From Polyangiales bacterium (lineage in GTDB: Bacteria > Myxococcota_A > Polyangia > Polyangiales > Polyangiaceae), in NCBI GenBank assembly GCA_038230375.1, contig JBBRNJ010000023.1, forward strand, positions 1 through 64,000: a stretch of 64,000 nt of DNA, in the 5' to 3' direction. The translations under genes were made by a program, and so were the position numbers. This document shows positions 55,393 through 64,000 of this stretch, piece by piece. Within the stretch, counting starts at the first letter, position 1, and every line of letters starts with the position of its first letter. The notes under the pieces were generated by a model, which saw nothing but the letters and a program-made list of their open reading frames with translations, ran no database searches and was not told the DNA's origin.

Positions 55393-56235
55393 ATGCAATC
55401 TGTACCGACTCGCGCCGGGAACCTCGTCGTGGATATCAAGGGCGAGGGCGCGCCGCTCGTTCTGCTGCACGCGATCACGCACGACCGTCGCGACTTCGAC
55501 CCGATCGTCCCCGCGCTCGCGAAGAGCTGGAAGACCATCGCGGTGGACTGGCCCGGACATGGCGATTCCGACATGTGGAGCCCGCCGGAGTCGGCGAGTA
55601 CGGCAGGCTTGTGCGACGCGCTCGAGGATCTGGTAGAGGAGCTCGACCTGCCGCCTGCGATCTTCATCGGGAACTCCGTCGGCGGCACGGCCAGCGTTCG
55701 GCTCGCGGCGCGCCGACCAGAGCGCGTGCGCGCGCTGGTGCTGGTCGACAGCGGCGGCTCGGCGACACCTTCTGCGCTGCTGTCCGCCGTGTGCTGGGTG
55801 CAAGGCCACAAGGTGGTTCGTGCGTGGACCGGGATGCGGTTCGCGCGGATGTACATGAAGACGCCGGGGCCGGGCCGCGATGATCTCTTCGCGCGGATGA
55901 CACAGATGCGACAGCGTCCGGGGTTCATCGACATGGAGGCCGCCATGTGGCGGAGCTTCGGCACATCCCAGAACGACCTGTCGGACGTCGCGCCCGCGGT
56001 GAAGGCGCCGACGCTCATCGTGTGGGGCACGCATGATCCCGTGGTCCGAGCGCGCGTGGAGGGAAAGCGCCTTCGCGCGATGTTGCCGCACGCGGAATAC
56101 GTGGAGCTCGCGACCGGACACGTGCCGTTCTTGGAGAAACCGGACGCGTTCCTGGAGCAGGTGTTGCCGTTCCTGGACAGCACCAGGAGCACCGGCGGGC
56201 GGGCGGCGGCGGATCGTCGGAACAATGCAGCGTAG
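55393..56235 (+). CDS. Alpha/beta-fold hydrolase
   Basis: AAGGAG SD; DWPGHGDS, GNSVGG nucleophile elbow, WGTHD, GHVP. Confidence 0.92.
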   Translation: MQSVPTRAGNLVVDIKGEGAPLVLLHAITHDRRDFDPIVPALAKSWKTIAVDWPGHGDSDMWSPPESASTAGLCDALEDLVEELDLPPAIFIGNSVGGTASVRLAARRPERVRALVLVDSGGSATPSALLSAVCWVQGHKVVRAWTGMRFARMYMKTPGPGRDDLFARMTQMRQRPGFIDMEAAMWRSFGTSQNDLSDVAPAVKAPTLIVWGTHDPVVRARVEGKRLRAMLPHAEYVELATGHVPFLEKPDAFLEQVLPFLDSTRSTGGRAAADRRNNAA

Positions 56236-56848
56236 GACGGCGATCGCACCGAAGCCCGCTCCGCGCCCGCGACGCGGCCCGCCCGAGGAGACCCGCAATC
56301 GCCTGGTCCAGGCAGCCGCGGAGATCTTCAACCGTGACGGCTACGAGGGGACAGACTCCAACCGGATCGCGCGTGAGGCGGGCTATTCGCCTGGCACGTT
56401 CTACAAACACTTCGTCGACAAGCGCGAGGTCTTCCTTGCCGTCTACGAGGAGTGGGTCACGCGCGAATGGCGTGAGGTCTCCGCGCACGCGGCCGCAAGA
56501 GGCACGGCACGAGAGCGCGCCGAGCAGATCGTCCGCATGTTCCTTGCTCATCACCGGCGCTGGCGTGGGTTCCGCGCGAGCCTGCGCGCGCTGGTCTCGT
56601 ACGAGCCGGCCGTGCGCGACTTCTACCGGGCTCAGCGCCGCAAGCAGCTGGAGCTCCTGGCGCGCATGCGCGAAGCGGTCGGTGTTCCGGGATCACGAGA
56701 GGCGGACGCGCTCTTGCTCTTCACGCTCGAGCGCACCTCGGATGCGTTCGCAGAGGACGAACCAGAGTCGCTGAAGCTCTCATCCGAAGCACTGCACGCG
56801 CTGATCGTCGATCTTGTGACAGCACGTCTGGAGCCGCCAGCTTCGTAG
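56225..56848 (+). CDS. TetR/AcrR family transcriptional regulator
   Basis: LVQAAAEIFNRDGYEGTDSNRIAREAGYSPGTFYKHFVDK. Confidence 0.92.
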   Translation: MQRRTAIAPKPAPRPRRGPPEETRNRLVQAAAEIFNRDGYEGTDSNRIAREAGYSPGTFYKHFVDKREVFLAVYEEWVTREWREVSAHAAARGTARERAEQIVRMFLAHHRRWRGFRASLRALVSYEPAVRDFYRAQRRKQLELLARMREAVGVPGSREADALLLFTLERTSDAFAEDEPESLKLSSEALHALIVDLVTARLEPPAS

Positions 56849-56971
56849 AGCCGGGGAATCCGTAGAGCACGACGGGCACCGAGAAGCGTCGAGGAAACAT
56901 CGTGTATACTCCGGTTCGGGGAAGGTTGTGCCAGGGATCATCGTGCTAGCTTGATCTGTCGCGGACGGGTC

Positions 56972-58495
56972 ATGGAAGGAACGCTGATCGACGGCAAGTA
57001 CCAGGTGATCCGCCAGCTCGGGCAAGGCGGGATGGGCGCCGTGTACGAGGCGCGTCATCGTTCGACGGGACGCCGTGTCGCCGTGAAGGTCATCGTCCCG
57101 ACCGCGCTCGCCGCCGGGCCTGACATCATCGCGCGATTCCAGCGCGAGGCGCGTGCGAGCGGCTCGATCGACTCGCCGTTCGTCGTTCAGGTTTACGACG
57201 CGGGCGTCGATGCGGAGACGGGCGCGCCGTACATGGCGATGGAGTGTCTTGCTGGCGACGACGTGCAGGAGCTCCTTTTGCGCCTGGGTCCGCTCCCGCC
57301 CGCCGTCGTGCTCAGCATCGTCGCGCAGGCGTGTCACGGCCTCCACAAAGCCCACGAAGGCGGCATCGTCCATCGCGACATCAAGTCGGCCAACCTGTTC
57401 CTCGCCCGACGCGAAGGCGAAGGCGATGAGCTCGTCACGAAGATCCTCGATTTCGGAATCGCGAAGGTGCGTGCCAGTGCGCTGTCCTCCGGTGACGCGG
57501 ACGATCACAAGCTGACGAAGACGGGCTCGATGCTCGGCTCGCCCGTGTACATGTCGCCAGAGCAGGCGGTTGGTGCGAAGGATCTCGACGCGCGCTCGGA
57601 TATCTTCTCGATGGGCGTGATGATGTACGAAGCGCTGTCGGGCGCGACCCCGAATGGTCACCTCACGAGCCTGGGCGCGCTCGTGATGGCGATCTGCGCG
57701 CAGAAGGCGACGCCGATCCAGGATCGCGCGCCCTGGATCTCGCCCGAGATCGCCTCGATCGTGCACAAGGCGCTGGAGACGAAGCCGGAGGATCGCTACC
57801 AGACAGCGGCGGACCTCCGCGCGGCGGTGCTGGCGCTCTTGCCAGACGGCGCGGCGAAGGTCACTGCTGACATGGTGATCGCGCTGCCGCCGGAGCTTCG
57901 GGAGAGCCGCGCGTCGCGACTGGAAGCATCGAGCGCTGCCCTCGCGTTCGACGACACGGTCCTCCCGGCGAACGACGCAAGCAGCATGCCCCCGGCGATG
58001 CCGGCCGCAGTTCCGAGTGGCAAGACGAATCCGGGGACGAGCACAACCGCTGGCTTCGGTGAGTCGAGTGACATTCCGCCGCCAGCACGTGCGCGACGCG
58101 GCCCATGGATCGCGGCGGGCGTGGTCGCAGTCGTGGCGGTCGCCGGCGGCGGGGTTGCGTTGAACCTTCGAGGTACGCCCGCGCCAAACACGACGATGGG
58201 CGCAGGGCTCGTCGAGAGCGCGACGACCGACCCACCCTCGGCCTCGACTTCACCCTCGGCCTCGACTTCACCCTCGACTTCACCCTCGACTTCACCCTCG
58301 ACGTCGCCCTTGGCCTCGACTTCACCCTCGACGATGCCCAGCTCGGCCCGCATCGGCGCCTCGCTGGCGACCTCGAAGGCCAAGCCGGTCGTTACCTCGA
58401 AGAGCACGAGCGCGCCGTCGGCTGCTGCCTCGGCTCCTCCGCGACCGGCCCCGAGCGGCGGCGCGGATCGCAGCCTCGATGAATTCGGGAAGTGA
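56972..58495 (+). CDS. Transmembrane Ser/Thr protein kinase
   Basis: GQGGMG, VAVK, HRDIKSAN, DFG, GSPVYMSPEQ; TM helix and (STSP)n tail. Confidence 0.95.
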   Translation: MEGTLIDGKYQVIRQLGQGGMGAVYEARHRSTGRRVAVKVIVPTALAAGPDIIARFQREARASGSIDSPFVVQVYDAGVDAETGAPYMAMECLAGDDVQELLLRLGPLPPAVVLSIVAQACHGLHKAHEGGIVHRDIKSANLFLARREGEGDELVTKILDFGIAKVRASALSSGDADDHKLTKTGSMLGSPVYMSPEQAVGAKDLDARSDIFSMGVMMYEALSGATPNGHLTSLGALVMAICAQKATPIQDRAPWISPEIASIVHKALETKPEDRYQTAADLRAAVLALLPDGAAKVTADMVIALPPELRESRASRLEASSAALAFDDTVLPANDASSMPPAMPAAVPSGKTNPGTSTTAGFGESSDIPPPARARRGPWIAAGVVAVVAVAGGGVALNLRGTPAPNTTMGAGLVESATTDPPSASTSPSASTSPSTSPSTSPSTSPLASTSPSTMPSSARIGASLATSKAKPVVTSKSTSAPSAAASAPPRPAPSGGADRSLDEFGK

Positions 58496-60304
58496 TCAGT
58501 ACCAGGCCGCGCCGCCGCCGATGCTCACCACGGTGAACGAGTCCTTGATCGGCGGTAGCACGTAGACGAACACCTTGCCGAAGGCCTGCTTTCCCGTCGA
58601 GAGCATGCCCTTCACGATGTCGACGGACGCTTCGAATCCCCATGGAACGAAGTACGCAGATTTGTCGAACTGGTATGGCATCAGCACATTGAGCGAAGGC
58701 GTGTAAGCGATCCCGAGCACCGCGCCCGTCCAGTCTGGACCCTTGTACGATCCGATTCCGATCTGATAGCCGAGCGTCACGGGGACGTTCACCATCCAGC
58801 TGGTTCGAAATTCACCGGCTCTGTAACGCGTGACGACGGCATGGTCCCCTGCGGGCGGCAGCGTCGTGCCTCGTGGGTAGATCGCTGCTGGCGATCCGGT
58901 CTGGGATGTGGACTGCACCGTGAACCATTCACCGAAGTTGAGGTCCGCGCCGCTCCCGATTCGAAAGGCATGCCACGTGCCCTTGCCCGTCGAAGGATCG
59001 GGGAGCGACATGTACTCGTACGCGATCCGCCCGCCCACTCCACCCGCGCCGCCGCCAGAGAGATCGCCGGTGGATGGCGCCGTCGCGTCGCGGACGTAAG
59101 GTCCAGTCCTCGCATCCGATCCCGTCACGACGTAGCCGGCGCGCAACGGGTGAGTCGGGCCGAGGAGGATGAGGCCTTGGCCGCGCGCTTCCCAAGTGAG
59201 CCTGCTGCCGCCGCGCCGCAGCCACTCCTGGCGAATCGCCTCTGCTTCCTTGAACGTCAGCGATGCGCGTGGATCGCGCTCGAGCTCCACGTTCATCGTC
59301 TCGTGCGCGCCGTGCGGGATGACGACCTCTCTCTTCGTGCCAAGGAAGCCTTCCGCGCCGACCTCGAGCATGTGGCCGCCCGAGCGCAACCGCCCGACCC
59401 ACAATCCGCGGCCCACGACCACGCCGTCGATCGCGACGCTCGCGCCGATCGGCTTCGGCTCCACGCGCAGCGTTGCGTCCAGGTTCTCCACCGCGAGGCT
59501 CAGCGCCGTCACCTCGTCCAACCGCACGGGCGCAGCCGCTGGCTGTGTGCCCAGCTCACCCTCTCCGACGAGCGCGACGGAGTGATGTCCGACGGGCAGC
59601 GTTCCTTCCCAGGGCGTCTTTCCGATCGAGACGTTGTCGACGATCACGTCGACGACCTTTCCCGTCTGCTCGACGATCTTCAGGCGACCGCCTTGCATGA
59701 GCGGCGTCAGCTTCACGGCGACGCTCGTGGTCTGTCCGCTTGCGACTGTGACGTTCGCATCGAACGGCGCGAAGCCGTCCTTCAAGACGCGGACAAGGTG
59801 CGTCCCGATGGAGACTCGCACCGCCGGGATCGGCGCGGCGCCGCGCGCAGCGTTATCTATGGCGACAGTCGCGCCGGGCTCGGCCCCGGTGAGCTCGATG
59901 CGTCCGACGAGCGCCGTGAGCGTCCGGATCTCGCGTTCGGCGACCTCGCGATCGTCCGCAGACTGGGTCGGAAAATCCCTGAGCAGCGCTTCGAACATGT
60001 CGAGCGCCTCCGCGAAGCGATGCAGCTTGCGCAGGCAAAACCCCGCGTCTTTCGTCGCCGCACGCGTCGGAAAGATCGCGCGCGACCGCGCAAACTCGAC
60101 GAGCGCGGCGTCCCATGCCTCTTCGTCGAAGAGCGACAAAGCCTTTTCGAAATGCGCGCGCGCGTCTGCGCGAACCTCGGAGGTCGCGTCGGCCGTTGTG
60201 GTGGGCGCCGGTGCGGGGTCTGGCGTCTGGGCCGCCGCGTTGCCGCAGAAGAGAACCGCGCAGATCAGGAATGCCGTCAGGTGAACGCCGAACAAGCGAT
60301 GCAT
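58496..60304 (-). CDS. TPR plus tandem PEGA-domain exported protein with C-terminal beta-barrel-like region
   Basis: Signal peptide; ARAHFEKAL TPR; three PEGA-like units (GATVAID.., GASVAIDG..); terminal aromatic WY. Confidence 0.85.
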   Translation of the reverse strand: MHRLFGVHLTAFLICAVLFCGNAAAQTPDPAPAPTTTADATSEVRADARAHFEKALSLFDEEAWDAALVEFARSRAIFPTRAATKDAGFCLRKLHRFAEALDMFEALLRDFPTQSADDREVAEREIRTLTALVGRIELTGAEPGATVAIDNAARGAAPIPAVRVSIGTHLVRVLKDGFAPFDANVTVASGQTTSVAVKLTPLMQGGRLKIVEQTGKVVDVIVDNVSIGKTPWEGTLPVGHHSVALVGEGELGTQPAAAPVRLDEVTALSLAVENLDATLRVEPKPIGASVAIDGVVVGRGLWVGRLRSGGHMLEVGAEGFLGTKREVVIPHGAHETMNVELERDPRASLTFKEAEAIRQEWLRRGGSRLTWEARGQGLILLGPTHPLRAGYVVTGSDARTGPYVRDATAPSTGDLSGGGAGGVGGRIAYEYMSLPDPSTGKGTWHAFRIGSGADLNFGEWFTVQSTSQTGSPAAIYPRGTTLPPAGDHAVVTRYRAGEFRTSWMVNVPVTLGYQIGIGSYKGPDWTGAVLGIAYTPSLNVLMPYQFDKSAYFVPWGFEASVDIVKGMLSTGKQAFGKVFVYVLPPIKDSFTVVSIGGGAAWY

Positions 60305-60352
60305 TCCGCGGCGAGCATAGACTATGCTGATCGGCGTGCGGCGGAAGATCGC

Positions 60353-61531
60353 GTGCGACATAGACTGATCCCATCGGCCTGGCCGGCCACGGCGCTGCTG
60401 CTCGCGGTCGCCGTGTTCGCCGCGTGCGGGGGCACGGCCTTGACGCCCCCGCCGGTGGTCGCCCTCAAGGTCAGCGGCTGTGCGTTCTCCGGTTCGCTCC
60501 AGTCGACCACCATGGCCGGGGCGCCGATCGCGCTGTCGGCCGGGCAGTGCGGCGGCGGCATCTTCGACGGGGGCGGGCAAGGCGCTGGCATCGACCTCGA
60601 TCTGGTCCTGGTGAACGACTACAGAAACGGCGAGGGCGTGAGCCTCACGTTCAATCGCGCGTCGGCAAACACCACGCTTCAGATCGTCGACGCACCCGCT
60701 GACATCGCGTCGGACAATTTCCTGGCTTCTAGCGTTCCCCCCGGCGTCATCTGGGTCAGGCATCGTAGCGAATCGAGCACAAGCCTTGACCAAACGTACA
60801 CGGGCGCGAGCGGGTCGGTGGTCCTCGGCGCGATCGGCCTCTCGACGCCGAGCTGTTCGAAGGAAGCATGCTCGGAGGGTACGGCCAGCTTCGACATCGC
60901 GTTCCAGGATGTGACCTGGCCGGGCAAGAGCGCGCCGCGGACCTTGAACGGACACGTCGTCGTCACGGTCTCCGCCGGTGACCCGAGCTGCAAAGGGAGC
61001 AGCGATTGCCAGGACGGGCTCGCTTGCAACAGGGTCACCTTCCTGGCCCAGAACGGAAGCTACGGGTGCGGTCCGACGAACGCCGGCGGCGCGGACCTTG
61101 GTGCGGCGTGCACGACCGCGACCGATTGCCAGTCCAACGTTTGCGACTCCGAGGCCGGCCAGTGCACGGTCTTCTGCAGCGCGACCGCCGACTGCACGAA
61201 CGGGACCGCGTGCATGGAGAGCAACAAGGGGCCGGCGCTTGCGGCCTGCGTTCGGGCGTGCACAAGCGACGCGGATTGCGCGGGCCTGCCGAAGGCTGCG
61301 ATCTGCGTCGCTCACGACGCTGCGGGCAGCACTACGCTTGTTGGTGGCTGCGGCGGCGCGATAGGGACCAAGACGTTCGGCCAGAGCTCCGGCATGGATG
61401 GTGGAGACGTCTGCGACAGTGGGCTCTCGGCAAACAAAACCTGCACGCGCATCTGTCGCGTCGACGCGGATTGCGCGCCGCCGCTCCCGGTTTGCTCGAA
61501 GACCAGCGGCCTGCGGAGCTGCGGGCTCTGA
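60353..61531 (+). CDS. Cys-rich lipoprotein
   Basis: Lipobox FAAC; C-terminal C..C..DADC repeats. Confidence 0.75.
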   Translation: MRHRLIPSAWPATALLLAVAVFAACGGTALTPPPVVALKVSGCAFSGSLQSTTMAGAPIALSAGQCGGGIFDGGGQGAGIDLDLVLVNDYRNGEGVSLTFNRASANTTLQIVDAPADIASDNFLASSVPPGVIWVRHRSESSTSLDQTYTGASGSVVLGAIGLSTPSCSKEACSEGTASFDIAFQDVTWPGKSAPRTLNGHVVVTVSAGDPSCKGSSDCQDGLACNRVTFLAQNGSYGCGPTNAGGADLGAACTTATDCQSNVCDSEAGQCTVFCSATADCTNGTACMESNKGPALAACVRACTSDADCAGLPKAAICVAHDAAGSTTLVGGCGGAIGTKTFGQSSGMDGGDVCDSGLSANKTCTRICRVDADCAPPLPVCSKTSGLRSCGL

Positions 61532-61680
61532 AGCGCAGCTCCACGACAGAGCCCTGAGGGAGTAGCGCGCGTCGTCGCTGACGCACGGCCGCTCGCGCTC
61601 GCGCTCTTGACGCGCGCGTCGCTCATGACGCTGACACGCGGCGTCGCCCTTGATTTTCAGGTCTTTCACGTGGGGGCGTG

Positions 61681-61696
61681 TGGCATGGCGCTCGCT
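61681..61696 (+). promoter_or_regulatory. Putative sigma-54 promoter
   Basis: TGGCATGGCGCTCGCT, GG-N10-GC; ATG 14 nt after the GC. Confidence 0.55.
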
Positions 61697-61708
61697 TCTG
61701 GCGCGGCC

Positions 61709-63940
61709 ATGAGACAGCTCCTCTGCGCTTCGTTCGCCGTCATCGCGGCATCCTCTCTCCTCGCGTGCACGAACGAGGATCCTCCGCCGTCGGAGGTGGC
61801 CGGCGCAGGACAGCAGGATTCCGGGACCGAAGGCGGCAAGGGCAACGGCGGCGGCGCGAACGACGTCGATGCGGGCACGCTCCCCGATGGCGGTCCGCTG
61901 CCGACGAGCGCGAAGCCCGCGAATGTCGGGAACGTCGCGGTGGTGACCTACGACGGCCATGCGGACGATCTGCTCACGGCAGGTCTCGGCAAGAGCGGGC
62001 TCGCCTCTTCCACCGCGCCCGGCTACGCGCACGCGGATACGCCGACGGCCGCGGAGCTACGCAAGAACGCGATCTGGGCGAACTACCGCGCGCTCGTCGA
62101 CTCCACTGCAGGCGGCGGCTTCGGCACGCTCTATGGGCCCAACGTCGCGATCGACGGCAGCGTCACGCAAGGCGAGGGGAAGGTCGCGGGCAAGGAGTAC
62201 ATCGCGCTCATCGACGACGGCAGCGGCAAGAAGAACGTCACGTTGATGGCTCAGATTCCCGCCACGTTCGATCGCAAGAAGCCGTGCGTGATCACCGGCG
62301 CGTCGTCCGGCTCGCGGGGCATCTACGGCGCCATCGCGACGTCGGGCGAGTGGGGATTGAAGCATGGCTGCGCGGTCGCCTACACCGACAAGGGCACGGG
62401 CAATGGCCTTCACGATCTGGAGCACGACACGGTGGGCCTGATCGACGGCACGCGCGAGTCGACATCCGCTGCTGCGGGCAAGGCCACGTTCGCGGCGGAC
62501 GCTCCCGCGGGCGGCATGAGCACCTTCCTCACGAAGAGCCCGCATCGCGTCGCCTACAAGCACGCGCACTCCGGACAGAACCCGGAGAAGGACTGGGGCA
62601 AGGACACGCTGGACGCGATCTCGTTCACGCTGTGGGCGCTCAACGACGCGCTCGCGCCCAGCGATGGTAAGGGAGGTCACGTGGCGGAGTTCCGCGCGGA
62701 CAACGCGCTCGTTGTCGCATCGTCGGTGTCCAACGGTGGCGGCGCGGCGCTCGCAGCGGCCGAGCAGGACTCCGCTGGGCTCATCGATGCGGTCGTCGTG
62801 GGCGAGCCGCAGGTGCAGGTCGCGCCCGAGGGGCTGTCCGTGGTGTTCGGTGGCCAGACGGAGACCGCGGTCGGGAAGCCGCTCTACGACTACCTCTCGT
62901 ATGCGAACCTCTTCCAGCTCTGCGCATCTCTCGCCCCGAACGCATCGCCGTCGGGCACGCTGGCTGCGGCGGACAACACGCTCGCGACCGCGCGCTGTGC
63001 CTCGCTCCACACGAAGGGACTGCTCACGAGCCTGCTCACCGCAGATCAAGCGAAGGAGGCGCTGCAGAAGCTCGTGGACTACGGCTTCCCGGACGAGAAC
63101 CCCGAGCTCATGGCCTCGCACGTGGACGTGACCATGCCCGTGGTCGTCGCGTATGCCAACGCGTACGGGCGCTTCTCTGCGTTCGATGCGGTGTGCGGTC
63201 TCAGCTACGGCGCGGTGGACTCCACCGGTGTGCCCGTAGCGCTCCCGCCGGCCAGTGCGCTCACCAGCTTCGCGGTGGGCAACGGCGTGCCGACCACCAG
63301 CGGCATCTCCATCGTCTACGATCTCGCGTATGGCGGCGCGAAGACGCTGAAGAGCGCCACGTCGCCCACGACGTTCATGCAAGACCGCGCGCTGGACGCG
63401 GATCTCTGTCTGCGCTCCCTCTACACTGGCACGGACCCGGTCACGACGTTCGCGCTGATGGGCGACACCCTCGCGAAGTCGAACAAGGTGCGTACGGGCA
63501 TCGCGGAGGTGCAGCGCACGGGTGCGTTGTCCGGGAAGCCCACGATCATCGTGCAGGGACGCTCCGATACGCTGCTACCGGTGAACCATACGGGGCGCGC
63601 CTACGTTGCAAAGAACCACGCGGTGGAGCCTGGAACCACGTTGCGCTACTACGAGGTGACGAATGCGCAGCACCTCGACGTCCTCGCGGGCGTCGCTGGT
63701 CTGGACACGCGCATCGTCCCGCTCACGCTGACGTTCAACGAGGCGCTGGATGCGATGTACGCGCACCTCGGCTCGGGCGGCGTGCTTCCGCCGAGCCAGG
63801 TCGTGCGCACGGCGCCACGCGGTGGGAGCGCCGGCTCGGCGCCAACGCTCACGCGCACGAATGTGCCGAAGCTCTCGCAGTCGCCCAGCTCCGCGGATGC
63901 GATCGTGTTCTCCGGCACGGCGCTCACGATCCCGAAGTGA
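61709..63940 (+). CDS. D-(-)-3-hydroxybutyrate oligomer hydrolase family lipoprotein
   Basis: Lipobox LLAC; YDG..DDLLTAGLG, SSGSRGIYGA, KHAHSGQNPEKDWG, SSVSNGG, GRSDTLLPVNH, NAQH. Confidence 0.9.
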   Translation: MRQLLCASFAVIAASSLLACTNEDPPPSEVAGAGQQDSGTEGGKGNGGGANDVDAGTLPDGGPLPTSAKPANVGNVAVVTYDGHADDLLTAGLGKSGLASSTAPGYAHADTPTAAELRKNAIWANYRALVDSTAGGGFGTLYGPNVAIDGSVTQGEGKVAGKEYIALIDDGSGKKNVTLMAQIPATFDRKKPCVITGASSGSRGIYGAIATSGEWGLKHGCAVAYTDKGTGNGLHDLEHDTVGLIDGTRESTSAAAGKATFAADAPAGGMSTFLTKSPHRVAYKHAHSGQNPEKDWGKDTLDAISFTLWALNDALAPSDGKGGHVAEFRADNALVVASSVSNGGGAALAAAEQDSAGLIDAVVVGEPQVQVAPEGLSVVFGGQTETAVGKPLYDYLSYANLFQLCASLAPNASPSGTLAAADNTLATARCASLHTKGLLTSLLTADQAKEALQKLVDYGFPDENPELMASHVDVTMPVVVAYANAYGRFSAFDAVCGLSYGAVDSTGVPVALPPASALTSFAVGNGVPTTSGISIVYDLAYGGAKTLKSATSPTTFMQDRALDADLCLRSLYTGTDPVTTFALMGDTLAKSNKVRTGIAEVQRTGALSGKPTIIVQGRSDTLLPVNHTGRAYVAKNHAVEPGTTLRYYEVTNAQHLDVLAGVAGLDTRIVPLTLTFNEALDAMYAHLGSGGVLPPSQVVRTAPRGGSAGSAPTLTRTNVPKLSQSPSSADAIVFSGTALTIPK

Positions 63941-64000
63941 GCGAACCAAGCTAACCTGGACGCCGGTGTCCACGGAGCTCGGTATCCTTCTGCTTCTCAG

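Noticed and set aside
60305..62032. 1178-aa ORF extension of the PEGA protein and other long Arg/Ala-rich alternative-frame ORFs
   Set aside because: Typical high-GC antisense or shadow frames overlapping well-supported genes, with no motifs
1..64000. tRNA, rRNA, IS/transposase, integrase, prophage or defence genes
   Set aside because: No recognisable motifs or structures by eye; small structured RNAs cannot be excluded without a covariance-model search

Overview
High-GC window that looks myxobacterial (Polyangia/Sorangiineae-like: Ser/Thr kinases paired with PEGA/TPR proteins, many Cys-rich lipoproteins, a MYXO-CTERM-like tail); the taxon is inferred from gene content only. It holds about 58 CDS and one pseudogene; I saw no rRNA, tRNA, CRISPR array or intact mobile element. 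Recognisable loci: an NAD-linked formate dehydrogenase operon (fused NuoE/NuoF-like subunit, alpha subunit, fdhD), mdh, fused DhaK-DhaL, SWIM-finger ATP-dependent DNA ligase, ketopantoate reductase family, adenylate/guanylate cyclase, three Ser/Thr kinases and a 3-hydroxybutyrate oligomer hydrolase. Best candidate for a new system: an EF-hand NOX5-type NADPH oxidase whose O2-pocket His is replaced by Phe, translationally coupled to a pentaheme c-type cytochrome lipoprotein (38515-41219), suggesting a Ca2+-gated NADPH-to-cytochrome transmembrane wire. Second candidate: a maleylacetate reductase fused to a homogentisate-dioxygenase-fold enzyme, flanked by GST, acyl-CoA ligase and a half-size MetE-like Zn enzyme (49375-55113). 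All family calls come from motif recognition by eye, with no database searches; start codons were re-picked by hand.
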